A DNA stretch of 64,000 bases from Micavibrio sp. (GTDB taxonomy: Bacteria > Pseudomonadota > Alphaproteobacteria > Micavibrionales > UBA2020): NCBI GenBank assembly GCA_040377425.1, contig JBEIOU010000012.1, forward strand, positions 16,364 through 80,363. Reading direction: 5' to 3'. Of the stretch, positions 24,951 to 34,954 are shown piece after piece. Below the pieces are notes generated by a model. The model was not told the origin of the DNA. It ran no database searches and saw only the letters and a program-made list of their open reading frames with translations. A program made the position numbers and the translations under genes. How positions within the stretch are numbered: the first letter of the stretch is position 1; each line of letters starts with the position of its first letter.

Positions 24951-26300
24951 ATGTCTAAAAAGATCGCCTGCATTATCCTCGCCGCCGGAAAAGGTACGCG
25001 CATGAAATCCGCGTTGCCCAAGCCGCTGCACCCTGTTGCAGGCGCGCCAATGGTGCAGCATGTGATTGCCGCTGCCGAAGGATTGAACCCCGACCGCATC
25101 ATCGTTGTCATCGGCGCAAACATGCCCGAAATGGCCGCCGCCGTGCAGCCGCACCAGACGGCCATACAGACAACCGCGAACGGGACAGGTGGCGCAGCGC
25201 TGGCAGCACGCGATGCGCTAAAAGATTTTGATGGCGATGTGCTGATCGTGTTTGGCGACAGCCCGCTGATTACCACCGCATCGCTGCAGCGTATGATTGA
25301 CATCCGCCGCCAGATGCCGGCGGTCGGCCTGACCTTCTCCGGCATGCGCCCCGCTGACCCGGCACGTTATGGCCGCATGGTGATGGATGATGACGGCACG
25401 CTGAAAAAAATCGTCGAATTCAAAGACGCCACGGCGGATGAAAAAGCAATCACGCTGTGTAACGGCGGCATCGTCGCGGCTGACGGCGCAAAACTGTTCG
25501 ACTGGCTGTCGCAAATCGGCAATGACAACGCACAGGGCGAATATTACCTGACCGACCTGCCCCCGATTGCCCGCAAAGACAACCGCCAGACGCTGGTCGT
25601 TGAAATCGACACGGCAGAACTGGCCGGCGCAAATACACGCGTAGAGCTGGCCATGCTGGAGCAAGCGATGCAGCAGCGCCTGCGCGAAAAACATATGCTG
25701 AACGGCGCAACGCTGATCGACCCTGCCAGCGTGTTTTTCTGCGCCGATACCGAAATCGGGCAAGATGTATTGATCGAACCCAATGTCTTTTTTGGCCCCG
25801 GCGCGCGCGTCGGCGACAACGTCACCATTCATGCGTATAGCCACATCGAAGGCACGCAGATCGCAGAAGGCGCCCACATCGGCCCCTTCGCCCGCCTGCG
25901 CCCCGGATCAAACATTGGCGAGGGCGCCAAGGTCGGCAACTTTGTGGAGACCAAAAACACCCGTCTGGGTAAGGGCGCGAAAGCGAACCACCTGACCTAT
26001 CTGGGCGATGCGGACATTGGCGACAAAACCAACATTGGCGCTGGCGTGATTACCTGCAACTATGACGGTTTCCTGAAGTATAAAACCACCGTGGGCAGCG
26101 AAGCGTTTGTCGGATCGAACACCGCCCTCGTCGCCCCGGTCACCATCGGCACGGGCGCGATTATTGGCGCGGGCAGCACGATCACCAAAGACGTTGCGCA
26201 AAACGCACTGGGCATCACGCGCGCCCCACAAATTAACAAAGACGGATGGGCACCCGAATTCCGTCAAAAGAAAATGAAGGAAAAGGCGAAGAAGGGATGA
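24951..26300 (+). CDS. glmU: Bifunctional UDP-GlcNAc pyrophosphorylase / glucosamine-1-P acetyltransferase
   Basis: ILAAGKGTRMKS, GEYYLTD, hexapeptide repeats, GNFVETK, CNYDG. Confidence 0.96.
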   Translation: MSKKIACIILAAGKGTRMKSALPKPLHPVAGAPMVQHVIAAAEGLNPDRIIVVIGANMPEMAAAVQPHQTAIQTTANGTGGAALAARDALKDFDGDVLIVFGDSPLITTASLQRMIDIRRQMPAVGLTFSGMRPADPARYGRMVMDDDGTLKKIVEFKDATADEKAITLCNGGIVAADGAKLFDWLSQIGNDNAQGEYYLTDLPPIARKDNRQTLVVEIDTAELAGANTRVELAMLEQAMQQRLREKHMLNGATLIDPASVFFCADTEIGQDVLIEPNVFFGPGARVGDNVTIHAYSHIEGTQIAEGAHIGPFARLRPGSNIGEGAKVGNFVETKNTRLGKGAKANHLTYLGDADIGDKTNIGAGVITCNYDGFLKYKTTVGSEAFVGSNTALVAPVTIGTGAIIGAGSTITKDVAQNALGITRAPQINKDGWAPEFRQKKMKEKAKKG

Positions 26301-26599
26301 GCATGCTGCGCCTTTTGACAGGCATTCGAAACTGGCCTTTCAAAATAGGCATTCTGCTGCTGGCTATCGCGAATAGCGGTTATCGCCATGCAGTAGGCTT
26401 ATCAGATACCCGGTTGGAATTTCTGGGTAGCCCTTACTGGACAGTCATTGAACTACTTATTCTGGGCGGCGGGTTTTATATCGCATTTTGCGCTGTAAAA
26501 GACGCCATCAAAGGCAAAAAAAGACAAGCGATCTTACAGGGCATTTTTGCCTTGCTGACGTGGGTCTGTTTTATAACAACAAGCAACATACCCGTTTAA
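26297..26599 (+). CDS. Small membrane protein (100 aa, about 3 TM) inserted between glmU and glmS
   Basis: ATGA overlap with the glmU stop; hydrophobic segments; lower GC than its neighbours. Confidence 0.6.
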   Translation: MSMLRLLTGIRNWPFKIGILLLAIANSGYRHAVGLSDTRLEFLGSPYWTVIELLILGGGFYIAFCAVKDAIKGKKRQAILQGIFALLTWVCFITTSNIPV

Positions 26600-26618
26600 A
26601 GGGAAAAGGAAAAATATC

Positions 26619-28445
26619 ATGTGCGGTATCGTAGGTATCATCAGCAAAGACAAAGACGTCGCCCCCATTCTGGTCGAGGGCCTCAAACGCCTTGAATACC
26701 GCGGCTATGACAGCGCGGGCGTGGCCACGCTGCAGGGCGGCAAGCTGGAGCGTCGCCGCGCCGAAGGCAAACTGATCAATCTGGCAAACAAGCTGGAACA
26801 ACAACCTCTCGGCGGCAGCATCGGGATTGGCCACACGCGCTGGGCTACCCATGGCGGCGCGGTCGAAAAGAACGCACACCCCCATATCACCGACAGCGTT
26901 GCAGTCGTGCATAACGGCATTATCGAGAACTATCAGGAACTGAAGGCAGAGCTGGAAAAATCCCAGTTCCGTTTTGAATCGGACACCGATACCGAAGTGA
27001 TCGCGCATCTGGTCACGTTCTATATGCGTCAGGGCATGACGCCGCAAAACGCGGTGAATGCTTCGTTGAAACGCCTGCGCGGTGCTTTTTCGCTGGCCAT
27101 GATTTTCACGGGTCAGGAAGACCTGATGATCGGCGCACGTTTTGGCACGCCGCTGGCGGTCGGGTATGGCAAGGGTGAAATGTTCCTTGCCTCTGATTCC
27201 TACGCGCTTGCACCGCTGACGGATAAAATCAGTTTCCTCGAAGACGGCGACCGTATCGAAGTCACGCGCGAAGGCGCAACAATCTACAACACCGACGGCG
27301 AAAAAGTTGAACGCGAAGTACGCGTGACCGCACAGTCCGGCGCATTGATGGGCAAAGGCAAATACCGCCACTTCATGCTGAAAGAAATCCACGAACAGCC
27401 GGCCGTGATTGGCGAAACGCTGAACACCTTCATCAACCCCGCCACCGGCCACATTACGCTGCCCGGTGATATCCTGAATATCGCAAACACACCGCGCATT
27501 ACGGTTTCGGCCTGCGGCACCGCGTTTTATGCGGGTATGGTTGCCAAATACTGGCTAGAGCAAATCGCCCGCATTCCGGTCGAAGCGGACATCGCATCCG
27601 AATTCCGCTACCGCGAAGCACCGATGCCCAAGGGCGGCGCGGCGCTGTTTATTTCGCAATCCGGCGAAACGCTGGATACGTTGGAAGCCCTGCGCTATGC
27701 CAAGCGCCAAGGCCAGCAGATCGTATCCGTCCTGAACACCATCGAAAGCACGATCGAGCGCGAAAGCAACCACGTGCTGCGCACGCTTGCCGGCCCCGAA
27801 ATCGGCGTTGCATCGACCAAAGCCTTCACCACGCAGCTGACGACGCTCGCATGCTTTACGATCGCCCTCGCCCGTAAAAACGGCGCGATCAGTGCGGAGC
27901 GTGAAAAGCAGCTGACCGATGCCCTGCGCGAAGTCCCCGCACGCGTAGCCGAACTGCTGGGTCATGACGGCGCCATTCAGGCGATTGCCAAGCAAGTGGC
28001 CGAAGCACGCGATGTGCTGTACCTCGGCCGCGGCACCGCGTACCCGATCGCCCTTGAAGGCGCGCTGAAGCTGAAAGAAATTTCGTACATCCATGCCGAA
28101 GGTTATGCATCGGGCGAAATGAAGCACGGCCCCATCGCCCTGATCGACGAAAACGTGCCTGTCATCGTCGTTGCGCCGCACGACAGCCTGTTTGAAAAAT
28201 CGGCATCGAACGCACAGGAAGTCATCGCCCGCGGCGGCAAGGTGCTGCTGATTTCGGACAAGCACGGCATTGCCAAGCTGAAAGATACCGCCACCTGGAC
28301 GATTGAAATCCCCGAAGTGGATCCGTTCGTCGCCCCCATCCTGTACACCATTCCGGTGCAGTTGCTGGCGTATCACACGGCGATCCTGAAGGGTACGGAC
28401 GTTGACCAGCCCCGCAACCTTGCCAAAAGCGTGACGGTCGAATAA
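26619..28445 (+). CDS. glmS: Glutamine--fructose-6-phosphate aminotransferase
   Basis: MCGIVG, LEYRGYDSAG, GHTRWATHG, C-terminal PRNLAKSVTVE. Confidence 0.98.
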   Translation: MCGIVGIISKDKDVAPILVEGLKRLEYRGYDSAGVATLQGGKLERRRAEGKLINLANKLEQQPLGGSIGIGHTRWATHGGAVEKNAHPHITDSVAVVHNGIIENYQELKAELEKSQFRFESDTDTEVIAHLVTFYMRQGMTPQNAVNASLKRLRGAFSLAMIFTGQEDLMIGARFGTPLAVGYGKGEMFLASDSYALAPLTDKISFLEDGDRIEVTREGATIYNTDGEKVEREVRVTAQSGALMGKGKYRHFMLKEIHEQPAVIGETLNTFINPATGHITLPGDILNIANTPRITVSACGTAFYAGMVAKYWLEQIARIPVEADIASEFRYREAPMPKGGAALFISQSGETLDTLEALRYAKRQGQQIVSVLNTIESTIERESNHVLRTLAGPEIGVASTKAFTTQLTTLACFTIALARKNGAISAEREKQLTDALREVPARVAELLGHDGAIQAIAKQVAEARDVLYLGRGTAYPIALEGALKLKEISYIHAEGYASGEMKHGPIALIDENVPVIVVAPHDSLFEKSASNAQEVIARGGKVLLISDKHGIAKLKDTATWTIEIPEVDPFVAPILYTIPVQLLAYHTAILKGTDVDQPRNLAKSVTVE

Positions 28446-28996
28446 TGCTGCCGCCTGTCATTGAAACTGCGCGTTTATTGCTGCGTCCGATAGAAATGTC
28501 GGACGCAGCCGCGCATAACCGCTGCATGAAAGACTGGGAAATTGTGCGCAATTTCGCCAAAACTTTCCCGCACCCCTACCCCGATGACGGCTCACAGAAA
28601 TTTATCGAACGTATCCGCACGCAAGACAAAATTGTGTATTGGGCGATTGCCCTTCAACCTGCGCCCGATACGCTGATCGGATCCATTGAATTGCGGCCAT
28701 ATGTCGAGACCAGCCAGCGTGCCTTTTGGCTGGCGCGCGAACACCACAACCACGGATACATCACCGAAGCTGCGACCGTGGTGAACGATTACTGGTTTGA
28801 TATTCTGGGCCAAAAAACATTGCAGATGGAAAACGCACTCGGCAACATCGCATCCCGCCGTATCAAGGAAAAAACAGGCGCCGTCTTTATGGGGACAAAA
28901 CCGTCCGAACATGTTGACCCCGCCCTGAACATCAGCGAAATGTGGCTGCTGAAAAAAGACGAGTGGAAAGCCTTTAGGGCCCGCCAGCCGCGCTGA
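28445..28996 (+). CDS. GNAT acetyltransferase, RimJ/RimL-like
   Basis: IETARLLLRP, FWLAREHHNHGYITEA, NIASRRIKEKTG; TAATG coupling to glmS. Confidence 0.85.
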   Translation: MLPPVIETARLLLRPIEMSDAAAHNRCMKDWEIVRNFAKTFPHPYPDDGSQKFIERIRTQDKIVYWAIALQPAPDTLIGSIELRPYVETSQRAFWLAREHHNHGYITEAATVVNDYWFDILGQKTLQMENALGNIASRRIKEKTGAVFMGTKPSEHVDPALNISEMWLLKKDEWKAFRARQPR

Positions 28997-29178
28997 TATC
29001 AAGCGTTCAATTTTATTGCGCCCCTGAAACTGTGACCTGAAAGCCACAACATTACCCGAATCCCCCCTCTGGGGCGCCTGTTGCCTTGCATACAAAGGCA
29101 CCGCGGCCTATAAACCCAGAGCCTTTTCAAAAAAAGCGTTCATTTTCAATACCTGCTGCACAACGGGGGAGGATCATT

Positions 29179-29880
29179 ATGTTCCTGACCGACAACAAAT
29201 ATTCCGTACATCGCTTCTGGTGGCTATGGCTGCCGATATCGGTTTTTGTGGGTATCGCCTTGATTGACCCGCTTTTGGGGCACGCCCACGGCGACGCCTG
29301 GATGTATGCAGAAAACGGCGTCCTTGAAACCATGCAATGGCTGGTGTCGGCGGCAGCATTTTTTATGGGGCTGTCGTGCCTGCGCTATTGCAAAGGCAGG
29401 CCGTGGATTATGGCGTGGCTTGTGCTGGGGGCGCTTGGCAGCCTTTATATTACCCTCGAAGAAATCAGCTATGGTCAGCATCTTTTTAAATGGGAAACGC
29501 CCGAATACTGGCAGGCCATCAACGACCAGAACGAAACCAACCTGCACAATACGTCCAGCTGGCTTGACCAGAAACCCCGCCTTGTTTTATTGATTGGCAC
29601 CGTCCTCGGCGGGATTATCTTGCCGTTTGTGCGCCGTTACCGCCCGATGGCATTGCCTGCGCGCTTTAATGCGCTTTATCCGAATGACGCGATGTTCTGG
29701 ATTGCGCTGTGCGCACTGCTGTCGCAGCTGTCAAAAAAGTTTGGCAAGCTGGATATCTTCGCGCTCTATCACCGGCCGAGCGAAGTGAACGAGTTGTTTA
29801 TCTACTACTTTATTTTCATGTATCTGCTGTTCATGCGCCGCAACCTGCGGGCGGATCACGCCGCAAAAAACGCAGCGTAA
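29179..29880 (+). CDS. Hypothetical multi-pass membrane protein
   Basis: GGAGG RBS; about 6 TM; ENGVLE, EEISYGQH, NDQNETNLHN conserved-looking motifs. Confidence 0.8.
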   Translation: MFLTDNKYSVHRFWWLWLPISVFVGIALIDPLLGHAHGDAWMYAENGVLETMQWLVSAAAFFMGLSCLRYCKGRPWIMAWLVLGALGSLYITLEEISYGQHLFKWETPEYWQAINDQNETNLHNTSSWLDQKPRLVLLIGTVLGGIILPFVRRYRPMALPARFNALYPNDAMFWIALCALLSQLSKKFGKLDIFALYHRPSEVNELFIYYFIFMYLLFMRRNLRADHAAKNAA

Positions 29881-29886
29881 ACGCGG

Positions 29887-30225
29887 TTATTCGATCAGGC
29901 CTTCTTTTTGCAGCAGCGCCTGCAGCTCGCCGCTGGCATACATTTCGCGTACGATATCGCAGCCGCCAATAAACTCGCCCTTGACGTACAGCTGGGGCAG
30001 TGTCGGCCAGTTGCTGAAATCCTTGATCCCCTGACGCAGCGGCGGATCGGCCAGAACATCGATATCCTTGAACGGCAAGTTCAGACTTTCCAGCACCTGC
30101 ACAACAGCCGCAGAAAAACCACACTGCGGAAAGACGGCCGTGCCTTTCATATAAAGTACGATATCGTTTGATGTAATATCGTGACGGATACGCTCCAGCA
30201 CCGCTTCGTTTTCGTTGAACAGCAT
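29887..30225 (-). CDS. grxD: Monothiol glutaredoxin Grx4
   Basis: LYMKG, PQCGFS, WPTLPQLYVKGEFIGGCDI. Confidence 0.95.
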   Translation of the reverse strand: MLFNENEAVLERIRHDITSNDIVLYMKGTAVFPQCGFSAAVVQVLESLNLPFKDIDVLADPPLRQGIKDFSNWPTLPQLYVKGEFIGGCDIVREMYASGELQALLQKEGLIE

Positions 30226-30249
30226 ATAGGCCCTTTTCTCTCTCTTGTC

Positions 30250-30483
30250 TTATTCCGCGCGGGTCGACAGCTGCACGGCGTGCAGGCTGCCGTCGGCCAC
30301 ATGGCCAGACAGTGCGGCGTATACTTTGCGGTGTTGGTCGATACGGCTCAGCCCCGCAAACGACGCACAAATGACTGTAACAGCAAAATGCGCGCCATCG
30401 CCGCGCGTATCCTGCGCCAATACCTGCGCATCCGGCAGCTGCCGGTGTATCAGATCCACCAAATGTTCGGCCTTCAGCGTCAT
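30250..30483 (-). CDS. BolA family protein
   Basis: GDGAHF, FAGLSRIDQHRKVY, LHAVQL; adjacent to grxD. Confidence 0.88.
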   Translation of the reverse strand: MTLKAEHLVDLIHRQLPDAQVLAQDTRGDGAHFAVTVICASFAGLSRIDQHRKVYAALSGHVADGSLHAVQLSTRAE

Positions 30484-30662
30484 CGCCGTGCCGTTCCTTT
30501 CCCGCAATATACGAACAGATTGCAGTTATAAAATTACCCCAAATCCCGCCGCCGGACAATTCAAACCTGAGCCACCGGATGCAAATGCTTTTTATTCCGG
30601 ACGAAATCGGTTATGAATGACAAGGCGTCCGTTTTAATTTATGTCAAGTTACGGCTTTTGCA

Positions 30663-31583
30663 ATGGCCTTCAAACCGCTGACCATCGGTATTTCAACCTC
30701 GGCCCTTTTCGACCTGCGCGAAGAGCATGCGACGTATGTCGATGGCGGTATCGACGCTTATCGCCGTTTGCAGTTCGAACGCCGCCGCGACCCCATGAAG
30801 CCGGGCACCGCGTTTAACGTCATCGACAAGTTGTTATCCATCAATACCCCCGGTGAACGCCCGCGGGTCGAAGTCGCCCTGATTTCGCGCAACAACATCG
30901 AAACCGGTATTCGCGCCCGTTATTCGCTGGATTACCACAAGCTGGATATTCCCCGCATTGCCCTGACCGGCGGCAAAAATGTTGAAAGCAATCTTTTGCG
31001 TGCCTATGGCATCGACCTGTTTTTGTCGCGCCATGCCGATGACGTGCAGCGGGCCGTAGATGGCGATATCGCCGCATCCGTCCTGCATGACCCGCCGACA
31101 GAGCCGCAAGCCCGCCCCGGCAAAGTGCATTTCGCATTTGATGGCGACCAAGTCCTGTTTGGCGGTGAATCCGAAACGATTTTCCAGCGTGAAGGTTTGC
31201 TGGGCTTCATGAAATTCGAAACCGAAATGGCCGAAACGCCCATGCCTGCCGGCCCCTTCGCCAAAGTACTGTTCGTGATCGAGGCGCTGAAGGCCACATT
31301 CCCCAAAGACAGCTGCCCGATTGAAACATCGCTGGTCACCATGCGCAGCGGTCAGGCGCAGATCCGCCCCATGAACACGCTGATCGAATGGGGCCAGATT
31401 GTCGATGGCGCATACATGATCGGCCGGTCAAACCAGCAAGGCCCCAAATACGAAAAAGTCGATGTATTGGCAGCGATTGGCGCCGATCTGTTTTTCGACG
31501 ACCAGACATACCACACCGAACCTGCATCGCGCGTGGTGCCATCGGGCTATGTCCCGCAGAAATCCGGCCACAAAGCCGCCTGA
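30663..31583 (+). CDS. 5'-nucleotidase (cN-I-like HAD family)
   Basis: IGISTSALFDL, AFDGDQVLF, GPF, LFFDDQ motifs. Confidence 0.82.
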   Translation: MAFKPLTIGISTSALFDLREEHATYVDGGIDAYRRLQFERRRDPMKPGTAFNVIDKLLSINTPGERPRVEVALISRNNIETGIRARYSLDYHKLDIPRIALTGGKNVESNLLRAYGIDLFLSRHADDVQRAVDGDIAASVLHDPPTEPQARPGKVHFAFDGDQVLFGGESETIFQREGLLGFMKFETEMAETPMPAGPFAKVLFVIEALKATFPKDSCPIETSLVTMRSGQAQIRPMNTLIEWGQIVDGAYMIGRSNQQGPKYEKVDVLAAIGADLFFDDQTYHTEPASRVVPSGYVPQKSGHKAA

Positions 31584-31633
31584 CAGCGGCATTAACAGAC
31601 GTTTACCCTTTTTAAGAATTATTACGCTATGAT

Positions 31634-32998
31634 GTGGTTGCGAAGATATGCGCACCACCACCGGATACAACCATGCCCCCAGTCGATTTCACATTAGAAA
31701 AAGTAACGCAAGCGGAGATCAACGAGATCATCCGCAAGCACCTGATGTTCCTTTCGGCCAAGCCGGGTGGCGCACGCGCTGTTATCCGCGACCGCGATTT
31801 GAGCGGACTGAACTTCACCGGACAAAACCTTGCGCAGTCGGATTTCACAGGCTGCATCATGCAGCGTACGGTGCTGACGAATGCGTCGTTTGAAAGTGCG
31901 ACGCTTTTTGGCTGTGACCTGCGCGGCGCCACAATGCGTGCGACACGCCTTGTCCGCGCTGATTTGCGCGGGGCGGAAATTGACGAAGCAGACCTATACC
32001 GTGCCGACCTGACAGGCGCCGACCTGCGCGAAGGAAAAACGGTCGTGAAGCGTAAAATCCGCCAGAAAGACGACCAATATTCCAAAGCCGCCGAAGTGGG
32101 CGGCGTGCAATTCATCGGCAGTAACCTGACTGATGCGATCTTGGCAGGCGCCCTCGCCATGGGGGCTGATTTTACCGATGTCAAAATGGAAAGCGCAGAC
32201 CTGAGCGGCACCAACCTGAAAGGTGCTGTGCTGCGTGGTGCGGACATGTCGAACACTGTGCTGAAAGGCGCCGACTTGCGCGATGCGGATTTTTCCTGCG
32301 CCACATTAACGGGCGCGAACCTTGCGGGGACGGAGCGCACGGGCAGCAACTTCTCCCTCACCCTCACGGGAGAGGTCGTGGGCAAGGATATCAAAGAATT
32401 TGAAATGTCACTGGATGAACTGGTTTTGCGCCACATCCAGTGGGTTGCCACAGCAGGACGTCAGGGCATGCAATTGGTATTGAACGGCGTTGATATGCGC
32501 AAGGCAGGCACATTATCTGCGCAGCGCCTGACAGCCGTGCGTGCACATAACGCGACGTTTGCCGAAATGGATTTGCGCGGCATTGAACTTCAGGCCGGCA
32601 GTCTGGAAGGGTCAGATTTCAGAAAATGCCTGCTGGTGCGCAGCGATTTACGCGGCAGCAAATTCAACGGCTGTTTGATGAACCGCGCCGATCTGCGCCA
32701 TGCAAACCTTAACCCCCTTACCATCCAGCCACGCGATGGCAGCGGCGAATATCAGATCCCCTGCCGGTTCGAAGCCGCGCAATTGCGTCACGCCGATTTT
32801 TCGGGCGCACGACTGATGGATGCCAGCTTCGCCAAGGCCGACCTGACAGGTGCGAATTTTAACGATGCCGACCTGCGCCGTGCTGACCTGCGCGGGGCAA
32901 AGCTGCGCGGGGCGCATTTCATCAATGCCCTGCTCGAAGATACGCTTTTCGATGAGAACAACGACCCACGCCAGCCGCCGGTCGCCGAACCCGCATAA
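31634..32998 (+). CDS. Pentapeptide-repeat protein with two capped repeat modules (start may be 31673)
   Basis: Many A(D/N)L(R/T)G repeats; two caps, IIRKHLMFL..PGGARA and LVLRHIQWV..GRQG. Confidence 0.88.
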   Translation: MVAKICAPPPDTTMPPVDFTLEKVTQAEINEIIRKHLMFLSAKPGGARAVIRDRDLSGLNFTGQNLAQSDFTGCIMQRTVLTNASFESATLFGCDLRGATMRATRLVRADLRGAEIDEADLYRADLTGADLREGKTVVKRKIRQKDDQYSKAAEVGGVQFIGSNLTDAILAGALAMGADFTDVKMESADLSGTNLKGAVLRGADMSNTVLKGADLRDADFSCATLTGANLAGTERTGSNFSLTLTGEVVGKDIKEFEMSLDELVLRHIQWVATAGRQGMQLVLNGVDMRKAGTLSAQRLTAVRAHNATFAEMDLRGIELQAGSLEGSDFRKCLLVRSDLRGSKFNGCLMNRADLRHANLNPLTIQPRDGSGEYQIPCRFEAAQLRHADFSGARLMDASFAKADLTGANFNDADLRRADLRGAKLRGAHFINALLEDTLFDENNDPRQPPVAEPA

Positions 32999-33079
32999 CC
33001 TGCCCATTTTGCATTATGAATAATAAAAACACCCGCGCCTTTCCCTTTTTTGGCGCGGCCGCATGGGCTATAAAGGGGC

Positions 33080-34951
33080 ATGCCCATTCGTCATCTACCA
33101 GATACGCTGATTAACCAGATCGCCGCCGGCGAGGTTATCGAGCGCCCCGCCGCCGCCGTCAAGGAACTGGTGGAAAACGCGATCGACGCCGGATCGTCAC
33201 GCATCGAAATCGTTATCCGCGATGGCGGCGCAAGTTTGATCGCCGTCACCGACGACGGTATCGGCATGAGCGGTGACGAACTGGCCATGGCTGTCGACCG
33301 CCATGCGACATCCAAACTGCCCGATGATGATCTGGTGCATATCCAATCCCTCGGCTTTCGCGGCGAGGCATTGCCGTCCATTGGCGCCGTCAGCCGCCTG
33401 ACCATCACCAGCCGCCCGCGTAATACCCCCGGCGCAGACGCGGCGATGATTTTGGTCGATGCAGGCCGCAAGCACCCCGTCGCCCCCGCGGCATTGACAC
33501 AGGGCACGAAAATTGAAGTGCGCGATCTTTTCTACGCTACGCCCGCGCGCCTGAAATTTTTGAAATCTCCACGTACCGAAGCACAAAGCGTGCGCGATGT
33601 GATCGAACATCTGGCGATGGCTTATCCGGATATTCATTTCCGTTTGATGAATGACGAACGTGAAGTGCTGGACCTGCCCGCCGCCAAGGGCGATCTGTTC
33701 GCCCGCCGCCTGGATCGCCTGCGCCAGATCATGGGACGGGATTTCGCCGAAAATGCCATTCGCATTCAGGCCGAACGTGCGCCGTTTACACTGACGGGCT
33801 ACGCCAGCCTGCCCACGCTCAACCGCGGGACGGCGCAATACCAGCACTTTTTTGTCAATGGCCGCCCCGTGCGCGATAAATTGATTATTGGCGCGGTGCG
33901 CGGTGCCTATGCAGACTTTCTTGCCTATGGCCGCCATCCGATGCTGTGCCTGTTCCTTGATACACCGCCGGATATGGTCGATGTGAACGTGCATCCCGCT
34001 AAATCCGAGGTCCGCTTTCAAGACAGCGCCATTGTGCGCGGGTTGATTGTGGGGGGGCTGAAACACGCCCTCGCCGATGCAGGCCACCGCGCATCATCGA
34101 CCGTTGCTGACGAAACGCTGCAATCTTTCAGTGCGCCACAATATACGTCCGCCGCACCTGCGCAAAACAACCTGTGGGATGGTGAATATCGCCAGAGCGG
34201 CGCGGGATACAAAAACCTGAAAGGCCTTGAAGGTGCCGGCTATACCGGCGCGGCATTTGGCATTCAGCCGGCGGACACAGCACAGGACACCCCCATCCCC
34301 GCCGATATGGCCGCCCCCACCGCGCGTTTGCACATCGTGCCCGATGCCCCCACGTCAGAGGCTGTACAGGCACATCCGCTGGGCGCCGCCTGTGCGCAGC
34401 TCCATGAAAATTACATCGTCGCGCAAACGCGCGATGGATTGGTGCTGGTTGACCAGCATGCCGCGCACGAACGTATTGTGTACGAAAAAATGAAAGCCGC
34501 GCTAGAGCAAGGCGGCATCAAACGCCAGGCGCTGCTGCTGCCCGAAGTGGTCGAGCTGGACACCCGCGCCGCCGACACCCTGCTGGAGCGCAAGGACGAG
34601 CTGGCCGAACTGGGCCTTGTCATCGACAGTTTTGGCGGCGGCGCAATTGTGGTGCAGGAAACGCCCGCCCTGCTGGGCAAAGCCGACGTGCAGAAAATCG
34701 TGCGCGATCTGGCCGATGACATCGCCAGCTACGGCAATGCCGAACCACTGCGCGAAAAACTATACGAAGTATGCTCGACCATGGCGTGCCATGGCTCTAT
34801 CCGTTCCGGCCGCCGTTTGACCGCGGACGAAATGAATGCGCTGCTGCGCCAGATGGAACAAACACCGCATGCCGGTCAATGCAACCACGGCCGCCCGACT
34901 TATGTGGAGCTGAAACTCCACGACATCGAAAAACTCTTTGGAAGAAGATAA
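33080..34951 (+). CDS. mutL: DNA mismatch repair endonuclease MutL
   Basis: NQIAAGEVIERP, GFRGEAL, DVNVHPAK, DQHAAHER, ACH, CNHGRPT. Confidence 0.97.
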   Translation: MPIRHLPDTLINQIAAGEVIERPAAAVKELVENAIDAGSSRIEIVIRDGGASLIAVTDDGIGMSGDELAMAVDRHATSKLPDDDLVHIQSLGFRGEALPSIGAVSRLTITSRPRNTPGADAAMILVDAGRKHPVAPAALTQGTKIEVRDLFYATPARLKFLKSPRTEAQSVRDVIEHLAMAYPDIHFRLMNDEREVLDLPAAKGDLFARRLDRLRQIMGRDFAENAIRIQAERAPFTLTGYASLPTLNRGTAQYQHFFVNGRPVRDKLIIGAVRGAYADFLAYGRHPMLCLFLDTPPDMVDVNVHPAKSEVRFQDSAIVRGLIVGGLKHALADAGHRASSTVADETLQSFSAPQYTSAAPAQNNLWDGEYRQSGAGYKNLKGLEGAGYTGAAFGIQPADTAQDTPIPADMAAPTARLHIVPDAPTSEAVQAHPLGAACAQLHENYIVAQTRDGLVLVDQHAAHERIVYEKMKAALEQGGIKRQALLLPEVVELDTRAADTLLERKDELAELGLVIDSFGGGAIVVQETPALLGKADVQKIVRDLADDIASYGNAEPLREKLYEVCSTMACHGSIRSGRRLTADEMNALLRQMEQTPHAGQCNHGRPTYVELKLHDIEKLFGRR

Positions 34952-34954
34952 ACC

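Noticed and set aside
26580-26620. glmS ribozyme
   Set aside because: Only 19 nt of intergenic space; the family is mainly Gram-positive and no motif was seen
28400-28500. Possible Tn7 insertion at attTn7 downstream of glmS
   Set aside because: A GNAT gene overlaps the glmS stop; no Tn7 ends or tns genes seen
31750-32940. DNA-level periodic repeats (gccgacctg...) suggesting an array
   Set aside because: Explained by pentapeptide coding repeats; no repeat-spacer structure and no cas genes, so not CRISPR
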